DNA of 64,000 nt from the human T2T-CHM13v2.0 reference genome, Homo sapiens, in assembly GCF_009914755.1 (NCBI RefSeq), contig NC_060928.1. One strand, 5' to 3'. Position 1 is the first letter of the stretch. The number at the start of each line of letters is the position of its first letter. Both the position numbers and the translations under genes were made by a program. Positions 54,426 to 64,000 of the stretch are shown piece by piece. A model generated the notes under the pieces. It had not been told where the DNA came from and did not search any database. It saw nothing but the letters and a program-made list of their open reading frames with translations.

Positions 54426-56898
54426 TTAATATCTGTTTAGTGTATCCTGCAGCAGAGATCTCTTCTCTGTCTTTAGGATGCAGGACTACTTGATACCAAT
54501 AATTTATTATTTGCTTTCAGTTTGGGAGCCACAGTCCAAATGAAGAAAATCAAGTCTCCTTGTAAGTGCTTGCACATGTTTAAAATATTGTAAACCTATA
54601 CACTGTTGGTTGTTTTAAAGAACAAACATCATTTTACATTGCAAATATATTATTTTAATTTTGAGTGATATTAATTTGTGTTCTTTATTTCTTTTTTCCA
54701 TTTTACTTTTCACTCTTTCCCCCTCAATTCTCTTACGATTAAAATTCTCTCCTCAATTCTATTAGGATTCAATAATTTAATACTTTCAGTGCCGATTTTC
54801 CCAGGGGATGTATATAACCAAACACAATTGAACCTTTTTAAAAATACATCATGTTTTTTTTTAAAAAAACTTTTGACATTCCATGACATTAGGCAATTTG
54901 ATAGTCTAGTCATAGACAAAATTGTTGATAGATATTCAGGGATTATAACAGGGCATCTGTCAAGTACGAAGACTTCCTCTAAAGACTAGAAAATATTTTT
55001 CCTGGATTTAGGCTAAAGAAGGGGCAAACGATAAAACAATGTTCCAGTTTAGGGTCTGTAGCCTGTGTGGTGGAAGACAGAGAAGTCCTGTGCCCTGCTT
55101 TTTATAGGCATCCAGTAAAGCTTATTAAAAAAATAGCATGTATGAACTCAGTCACTCTGGGCTATACAGAGGTTCTTTGAGAGCTATTATCCCAGCACAA
55201 TGAAAAATTGCAGATGGATTCTCAGCTACAGCCTGACATTACTACAGAGTGCTGCTGATCCTGAGTCTTTAGAGACAGTAGGGAAGAACATGCTCACATT
55301 TACAATTTGGAAACAAATAAACAGATGTAATGAGGCATCTCAACAATTTGGTTGACATGCATGTAGACAAATGATGCCAGGGCTACATGTGTTTCCTACT
55401 ACTAGTATAATGGCCTACCAGCATTTTCACTCAACTGGAAATCTTCACTTCTGAAAATGGAGATAAGTAGCACATTAACTAAGATGAACTTTTTCCTATC
55501 TTAATGAAAAGGTGATTCAAAATAAAGATTAACCTGAGTTCCCCAAAAAATATGCACTAATGCATATCAGAGCTAAGACTGAAAACTGGACAGTGTTTCT
55601 GTGTGTGTATAAGAGAACATACACCAAATGAATACAAGTATTTAGAAAATAATATTTGTATATTACAGATGTCATTTGGCTGTATAATCAAGAAGATGAG
55701 TGGCAAATAAATTGTAAGTTCATATGGAATAATGAAAGAATAAATTTAACATTTCATAAATAATTTAAATCTAATTTATTATACACAAGCTATCTTTGTC
55801 CCTTCATAGCACAGAGAATTTTTTAAAACCTGCAGAGAACAGGGTGATGTTTTCCATTATCACTTTGAGTTAAAGCTCACCGCATGCAATGCCTTAGGCG
55901 TAATAAATTACTCAATTCTACAAACATTATTTATGCCGCCAGGTGCCTTATTTTCATAAAGAATCAATTTTCCATAATCCCTGGAATAATTAAATTACAC
56001 AAACAATATTGTGAAAACACATACAGAAAAACTAAGCCCAGAAATATTTAATCGCTTATGGGAAAAAATGAATGATAGAAATGTTAAGTAATGAAATATT
56101 AAATGATTATATTTAAAACATGATGGTTAATTTGCCTTTGCATGTAATTTGTACACTGTGCATATTGACTCCTAAGACCAACGTATCATCCCCCAATCCT
56201 CTCTAATTGCAAAACTGTCAGGCTCCTTACTTTGGCAAGCAGTGCCCTGTTCCAATAGCTGTTCAAAAAATCAGTGCTGATGAGAAGACTTGTGCCAGAA
56301 CTCGTAAGCAATTAATTTCTTCACCGATCTCTGGAATTCATCCAAACTCTTCAAAACTGAAAAGAGCCTTGCCATACTGTCACTCATGGATATATTTCCA
56401 ATTAGGCTGTCTAATAATTTCACCTTGAAGTGGTGAGATTAACTAAATCTAATATTAAGGTATTTGGTTCCTATTTTAGTGTATAAATGTATAATGCATA
56501 CTTCTATCAGTGAAAGATGTTTATTAAAAACAAACCAATGAACAGAGCTAGTTCCTGTTAAAACACATTTGGACCAGAAAATAATATTTATTTCAACATG
56601 CAACAAAAATAAAGCATCCTGATCAAATATCTTGAGATTATCCTTCTTCGAGGAATAAACTTGTCACACCCCATATTTGCCTTCTCAGAGAATCCTCATG
56701 ACTATAATTTCCTCATATATATAAGGAAATTACATATATATACATATTATGTGTAATAAATACATATATTCATATTTTTATCTGTACCTAAATACCTCTT
56801 ACCACTTACCATTTCCTCTCCAGTCCAATATTTCACTCCTGTACTGATTTCAAACTTACCTTCCTAATATCTGTTTTCCATATATGAATCATAGTCAT

Positions 56899-57290
56899 TG
56901 CGTTAGTTTTCTAGGGATGATATAACAAAATCACAGGCTGAATGGCTTAAAGAAATAGAAATTTATTCCCTCACAGATCCAAGATGAAAGTGTCAGCAGG
57001 TTTGGTTTCTCTTAAGGACTTCTTCCTTGACTGGCAGATGACTGCCTTCTCTATGTGTCCTCACATGGTCTTTCCTCTGTTTGCATGCATCCCTGGTGTC
57101 TCTCTGTGTATATAAATTTCCTTTTATTATAAGAAAACCATTCAGATTGGATTAGAACCAACTTATATGACCTCATTTTACCTTCATTACCCCCTTAAAT
57201 GCCTCAATTCCCAAAGCAGTCACTTCTGGAATTACTGAGATTTAGGGCTTCAATATACAAATTTTGGGGTAACAAATCCAGCCCTTAATA
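56899..57290 (-). mobile_element. MaLR solo LTR, MLT1B-like
   Basis: agaaatttatt...gtgtcagcaggtttggtt...gtcctcacatggtctttcctctg...agattggattag...tttagggcttcaa. TSD gtcat/atcat. Confidence 0.85.
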
Positions 57291-58479
57291 ATCATCCTTT
57301 TCAAGCCAAAGTAATACTCTGTCATACCTGTGGTGTGATTACTTCCCAAAACATCTAAAATGAAAGTAGCATTTGGTTCTCTCTTCAATATCTTTCTCAC
57401 AATTTTCCACCCCTGTACCAGACAAATTTACTTCTTTCTTTTCCGTAATACTGAAGTAAGCTAGAGCTAGTGAACTGGTGATTCTTCAATCTGAAACCCT
57501 CTTCTCTAGATATCACTAAGACTTTCTCCAATTTGTATGCTAAATCTTTGTTTTACCTATTTTCTGATACTTATAGAGGGTTCCCTGGTCACCTGTCAAA
57601 AGTACTACCACCCTACTTCTCTGTCCTTTTACTTGCTTTTCTTTTTGTTTTTTATTACTGTCCAATATGTATTTGTTGATTATTTGTTAATCTCTTACTG
57701 GCACAAATAGAATACAATGACTTCTCACAGATTCTGTCTAAATGTTCCACCCTACCTTCCCTGAGGAGTGTCTTAGTTTTAAGCTTCTTCTCACATAAAC
57801 AAAAGTAAGTTCTTTTATTTAAGAACTTACTTTGTAGTTTTCTTCATACGTTGAACTTCTCTGATAGTTGCTATATGAGATAGGATCTAATAAACAAATT
57901 TTAATATAAACAAGATTAGTAATTTTGTACCTACAATATATTCACATGTTTTAAGCTTAATGACTTAAAATAAGGATGGATAAAGTTTCAGACATCAGAA
58001 ACAAGATAGTTTGTCAGATGCTGGGTTCTCTTCCTCCAAGACCAGTTGAGAGAAGCCTAAGAGTCTCAACCACAAGCCCCACTACTCAATCGAATAAGCA
58101 TCAGCCTCACTTCTCGTGTTTTGATTACTAGTGATTCAGATCTGCCTTATTTTTCCTAAAGAAACATTTTCTTCACTGTTAGCTTATATACTGATCTTTC
58201 TGTCTAACTAGAAATTGCATCTACCTATTAGATCTTTTGTTCTATATATAATTGCTTTCATGTTTTAGCTTGGTTTTCCTTCATATTGGTTCCATTTCCC
58301 CCAACACTGCAAATATTACCATTTGTTTCCCATGCTTGCTTGGGGAAGAAATGCATGAGGAGAGGTTAAATATTTAGGGTAAACCATCTGGTCTCTTAAA
58401 TCGTACAATTTGCACTTTCTATTCTTTGTAGAAAACACATTGAATGAAGATGATATGGTGCTGGCTTATGGTTTTATAC

Positions 58480-59175
58480 CGAGTATTAATAATAAGGCTT
58501 TTTAACTCTCAGGAGAATCCTGGTTTGGATGATACATTGTATGGTCACCCTATAAAGGAAAATGTTAACACAGTGGGTTGGGTTACTCAATATTTATATA
58601 ACTCTGAAGGGTCCTGGAATGATGATTGATCTTTAGTCATCCCTTGGAAATGTGGTCTTTGGATTGTTCTTTATGTCACAGACAGATGATGTTGTTTTAT
58701 ACACCTGGATAAACAGGGCACACTGTACTATTAGGTTATGTTGTAAATATATCTGTAAATGTTTACCAAAATTTATAATATAGATCTGGACCCTGTACTA
58801 GGTCTTGGGTATCAGTTATCACGGCTGTTAGCAGGAATGTGCCTACATGATCAATTCTTATGATCATTAACCACCCAGGCCTGGAGAATTAAGCAGAATT
58901 CAGTGGAAAGATACTTCTCTCATGGGTTCCTATAGTTTGCTGCTAGAGAGAAAGTGCATCCTATGGTACCCTATGAGTAAAGGATTTGTAAACCTGTTTT
59001 TGATGACTCTGGACTTTGCCTAATATAGATGTTTTACTTGTTGCTTTTACTCTTTTATTTTTTGTTTTTAATCATTCTGTAATAAACTCTAGCCATGTGT
59101 ATAACCTGCTGCTATGTCCTATGAGTCTTTCTGGCACATTAATTAATTGAAGGTAGTTGTAGAACCCATGAAACA
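58480..59175 (+). mobile_element. ERVL LTR of the MER77/MER68/MER21 group
   Basis: gtgcctacatgatc; 3' end tgtaataaactctagccatgtgtataac...gtcctatgagtctttctggc...ggtagttgtagaacccatgaaaca. The 5' boundary is approximate. Confidence 0.6.
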
Positions 59176-60974
59176 CTCTGATGTGGCCACCATTCACTTT
59201 CTTATAGATAATGGAAGTACCGTAGGTAGATATTAGGTAATTTGCAAAATTATCTAATAGTCAGGTGACACATCAAGAGAATTTGCTGTTGTAACTTCTC
59301 TTTCAATTAGCATAATTTTTAAATGAAGTTATTCTGTTTTTTTTTTAATTTAAATGCCACCTGGATAGCTGCATCTAATGATATCTGTTTTGATTTTTAA
59401 ATAAAATGCCTGTGGGTGATCTCAGGATTATCCAGCTCTACAGACCAAAGTCTGCTGAGTTTATAGGCCTTATATCTAAATGCATACTCAGTATTCTCAC
59501 AGAGGTATCTGAGAGATACATCCAACCAAACAATCTCAATTCTGTATGGTAACCTGAGCTATTTTATCTCCTGTTTCCCCCAAGATTCTATTAAATAACA
59601 ACAGGGAATTTTTAAAATAATAAACTTACTATAAATAGGATAATTAGACAGGACTGGCAAAATGAAACAATTTCAAAGTTTCTGGAAAACATTAAGGATG
59701 GTAGGATAAAATGAAAAAATAGAAGCTAAAATATGAGGAGAAAAAGATACAGCTGAGACAATTATCAATAATCTCTGCAAAAATACAGTAAAGTAGCACA
59801 TACAGGGAGAGATGGCCATACAGAACAGGAGAAGACAGAAAACACGACAATCTGCTAAAGTCTGTACAGTTCTTTTCACTGCTTGTCCTTCAGTATTCTC
59901 ATGTTCATCATGTCCAATAATTTGGCATCTAGATGAAAAAAACTAGGTTACAAACTTTACCCAATTCGTTACTTGTCTGAAGTATTTTGCTAATAGTTTT
60001 TGGACTGCTATGTTGCACATTCTTACATGTACGAAAACAAAACATTCAAGTCTGTTTTACAAACTTACTCATAAAAAATTAAAACTTAAGCCCTGCACAT
60101 ATACACACAATACCTATAGCTTTATGCCTAAGCCTGAATTAAAACTTAAGGCTCACTAAATATTTCCACAAAGTTTGTGCATTGCCACTTGTGATGCTAA
60201 TGGAAAAAGATAGAAAAACAAACCCGCTTTAATTTAATTCTGCATTATTACCTTACAGACACAAAATAGGAAACATAGTATGAATATCATTTTCATCTCA
60301 TCAGGAATTCTAGCAGCTATCCACACACATCTTTATTTCCTCCTTCCTTACCCACGCCAGATGTTCAAGCCTGCTGCAGACAAGAGGCAAGGTACATGAG
60401 TATCACCTAACGCCAAGTCTTCATGCAAACTCACATGTCCAGGGATTTGTAAAAAAAAAATCAAGAAAGATATATCTTATTATAATTTCCTATGGCTTCC
60501 AAGGGTTGAGGAAGGAAGAGAGGCAGGCCAGGCCCAAGGTCATTTTACCTAACTTGACTAGGCCAGCACAATCTTCAAAATTCCTTAGTCAAAGCCTGTA
60601 TCATAAAAGAGTAGTACACACCCTCCACACCAACACACACAGATTAAAACATCATGCACACACACACAGACACACATAAAATCCTAGGTCTCAGTGAATC
60701 AGAGTTAATACATGATATAACTTACAATTATAATTGACAATATAATTTTTAAAAATACCTGAGAAGATATTTGTTCATAATACAAAATTAAGAGAAAATG
60801 TATAAATTAAGAATAATAGGAATAAGAAAAAGTGTGTAAAATTTTCATGTTTTTGCCGTAATAAATTTTTCAATGAAGGATTCTCAAGACAAAATGAGAA
60901 GTTTTAGCTAGAAAAAGTCACATGAAAATGATTAAAAAATAAGAAATATGAGAAATATTCTATAAAGTTCAGAA

Positions 60975-61521
60975 AAATAAAAGGGAATGAAATATTATTT
61001 AGTGCTATAAAAAACTAGCTATTAAGCCATGGATAAACATGGAAGAAACTGAAAGTGCATATTACTAAGTAAAATAAGAGAACCTTAATAGGCTACATAC
61101 TGTATAATTCTAGCTATATGACATTCTGGAAAAGGAAAAACTAAAGAGACAATAAAATAATCAGTGGTTGACAAGGATTGAGAAAGGGAGGGATGAATAG
61201 AAGCACAGAAGATTTGTGGGGCAGTAAAACTATTCTGTACAACACTACAATGGTAGATACATGTCATTATACATTTGTTCAAACCCATAGATTACAGAGT
61301 ACCAAGAGTGGACCTTAATGTGTAGTATGAACCTTGGGTGATAATGATGTGTCAATACAGGCTTATAAATTGTAATAAATGTACCTCTCTTGTGGGGGAT
61401 ATTAATGGAAGAGGCTTTGCAGATGTGTGGGCAGGAGGTACATGTGGAATCTCTATACCTTCTCTTCAGTTTTTCTGTGCACCTAAAACTGCTTTAAACA
61501 ATAAAGTCTGTTTTTAAAAAA
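60975..61521 (+). mobile_element. L1MC1-like 3' end
   Basis: aggctacatactgtataattc...gacattctggaaaagg...aaacccatag...ccttgggtgataatgatgtgtcaat...acctaaaactgct...aataaagtc. Confidence 0.88.
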
Positions 61522-61767
61522 GCAACTCACAGAAAGGACTATAGTATTATGTGGACATTTACCTTGAGTAATTAGGCTATATCCAGATTATTCCCAAATC
61601 TTTTTGTCTTTGCTTTTGCTGGCATATGAAGATGAATTACCAGCACCATTGGAGTATAGTACAAAAATTTAACCAGATGAAAGATAGTAAGCTGGTCTTT
61701 TACTGTGCTATTAAATTCAAAATGACCATCAAAGTGGTCAGTAAGATCCTTTAAAGAGTCCTCAGTT

Positions 61768-61884
61768 TGCTGGGCACAGTGGCTCACACCTATATTCCCA
61801 GCATTTTGGGAGGCTGAGGCGAGCAGATCACGAGATCAGGAGATCGAGACCATTCTGGCTAACACGGTGAAGCCCTGTCTCCAC

Positions 61885-61912
<28 letters not shown>
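61768..61912 (+). mobile_element. Alu left monomer with AluY/Sc8 diagnostics, A26 tract and TSD
   Basis: gatcacgagatcaggagatcgagacc...ggctaacacggtga. TSD aaagagtcctca (61753-61764, 61910-61921). Confidence 0.9.
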
Positions 61913-61915
<3 letters not shown>

Positions 61916-62581
61916 TCCTCAACCACAGCAATCAAATCTGGAGATTATGAAAATGTGCAAGAAAGAGCCTGCCACATTCACTAAAGTCAAGGAATCTTTG
62001 GATAAACAGAGTCAAAGATATTCTAAGAAAAGTTTCCAAATTTTTCCTCATCTCAATCACTTCTTATAATGATGCTAAAGAGTCAGGACTTTATAGATAG
62101 GAGAAAAATAGCACAACAGTGAGGGAAAGGAATCACAGAGACGTCCTTGTGGTGATTGGTAATAATGTGAGCTAAATTCACATCTGTCAGATTAGAAACT
62201 CTAGTATGCATATGTTGCATAATATATGACACTATTCTACATGAAAAGGTGATAATAACCACATGAATTAAAACAAAATAGATACAAAATACTGCCCTGA
62301 AAACTCTGATTATATGTAACTAGTGGTGAGACAAAGGCAACTGCTTTGATTATAATCATAATACGTTTGTATTTTTCATATGCATCCTTATATTGAATAC
62401 ATGTGACTCTTTTTTAACCTTTATATCTGATTTTATTGTTGTCGTAATTTAAATACTTAGCAGTGACATTGTTCAACCTGTAAATTCAACTTTTGGCAGG
62501 GTTCTTCTTGTCTTTATCATCACTGAATTTATGCTACTTGAGAGTATCAATTTATCAGAGTAAAGTAGAAAAATAATTCTA

Positions 62582-62754
62582 AGCCAGACATGGTGGCACA
62601 TGCTTGTAGTCCTAGCTACTCCAGAAGCTGAGGTTGGAAGGATCACTTGAGCCCAGGAGTTCCAGGCTGCAGTGAGCCATGATCCTGTGATTGCACTCCA
62701 CCCTAGGGGACAGAGAGACCCTGTCTCAAATAAATTAAATTAAATTTTAAAATG
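62582..62754 (+). mobile_element. Free right Alu monomer (FRAM/AluJ right arm) with TSD
   Basis: agccagacatggtggcacatgcttgtagtcc...gaggttggaaggatcacttgagcccaggagt...gaccctgtctc. TSD aaag[t/a]agaaaaataatt[c/a]t (62562-62580, 62755-62773). Confidence 0.85.
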
Positions 62755-64000
62755 AAAGAAGAAAAATAATTATATTCAAGTTATTTTCTAAGATTTACAG
62801 TCTCTCAGTGAATAAATCAAGAAATAGGTATAAAGATTTAGGGATTGATGCAATGGGAGTTGAGCACATTAGTAATAGCATCATTGATGATGTTTTGGTT
62901 TTCAGATGTTTTGTGTTTTTGAAGCAGGAGACAGACCAAATGGAGGGCCAGAACTTACAGATCCAGAAGTTCTCACTTTCAGATGGTAAGACAAAATGAG
63001 CTACTAATTGTCTGTTATTCAAAGATTCCACATTGACCTTACTCTAAGTGAAAATTTCTCCAAGGGTTTGCACTGTGACTCTTGAGAGTTTTTTGATATT
63101 TTTATTTATTTTCTTTTATGGTATGTTATGTGACACTGCAGTGAGGAATACTGACCAAATGCTATTCCAATCCCAAATAAATGCCTTAATTTTTTTATCA
63201 TTGTTGAATATGAATATAGTATTTGCAAATAATGATTCAAATTGTTGCACTTCACCTGCTCTATTCCTTAAATTTGCAATATCATATTCCTACCTATAAC
63301 AATTTTTAAAAATAATTTATAATTAAAAATGTTTATTGTTTACAATTAGAATTGTTGATTCAGAATTTCCTACTGCTCTGAATATATCCCCAGTATATAA
63401 GACATTAAAGTTAACAACTTAGGTGAGGTCACATAAAATGTGAGTTATTTAAATAACAAAGACAAATAGAAACTAATTGTAATTAAGCCAAATGATAGAT
63501 ATAAGAAGGTTTGAGAAAACAATAGAGATTATGGAATGACTTAGTAGGTATTCATTACGTTTTCTGCCCATTACAATTTTATCAATGGTGATTTTATTCT
63601 TTTAAATAAAGGAATTGACATATATCTCTTTCTGTAGGGTTATAAATGTGTGCATTTGTTGGAGTGTAGAGGGCAATGTCTACAGAAATTTATTAATTTT
63701 TTTCTTATCTTTGTGGTGTAACTCATTTTAAAATTATGCTTCATATTCTTGGACATTGATGGCTAGAAAAGGCCACTAGCTAAGATTTAAACCCAATACC
63801 CTCCAAGTGTCTTGAATTTGACATTTGCAGCCAAGCTCGCTCTCAGTTTCGCTATGCTTATTAATGATCACCAGGAGTTCACAGAACCAGGTCACCCAGA
63901 TGTGATCTAAAAGTTCTCTGAAATTCAAAAGTGAAGGAAGCCCATTGCTACATCTCCCTACACTTCTAAAGTACATTAAAATATGAAATAAATAAATTTA

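Noticed and set aside
61768-62754. Left and right Alu monomers as one split Alu
   Set aside because: Each monomer has its own TSD, and they carry different subfamily diagnostics (Y-like vs J/FRAM-like).

Overview
This window is AT-rich, CpG-depleted simian genomic DNA, probably catarrhine or human, judged from AluS/AluY-type SINEs, L1PA, THE1/MST and MER11. It looks like gene desert or deep intron. I find no credible protein-coding gene, structural RNA gene, CpG island or CRISPR array; the supplied ORFs are short chance frames or pieces of Alu, L1 and MaLR. A large share of the window is layered transposon fossils: L2, MIR, L1M/L1PA, Alu, MaLR (MLT1/MST/THE1), ERVL (MLT2, LTR16A, LTR33), a HERVK11 LTR (MER11) and DNA transposons (MER53, MER44). 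I found no new biological system. The most interesting features are structural: (1) two orphan ~175-180 bp local direct copies, one of which preserves the empty pre-insertion site of the MER11 LTR; (2) a three-LTR MST/THE1 chimera; (3) a twin-primed inverted L1PA with a duplicated junction; (4) a nested AT-rich palindrome; (5) a TSD-flanked AluY-type left monomer; (6) LTRs carrying DUX4-type motifs. Subfamily names come from recalled consensus sequences and identities were counted by eye, so both need RepeatMasker/Dfam and alignment confirmation.
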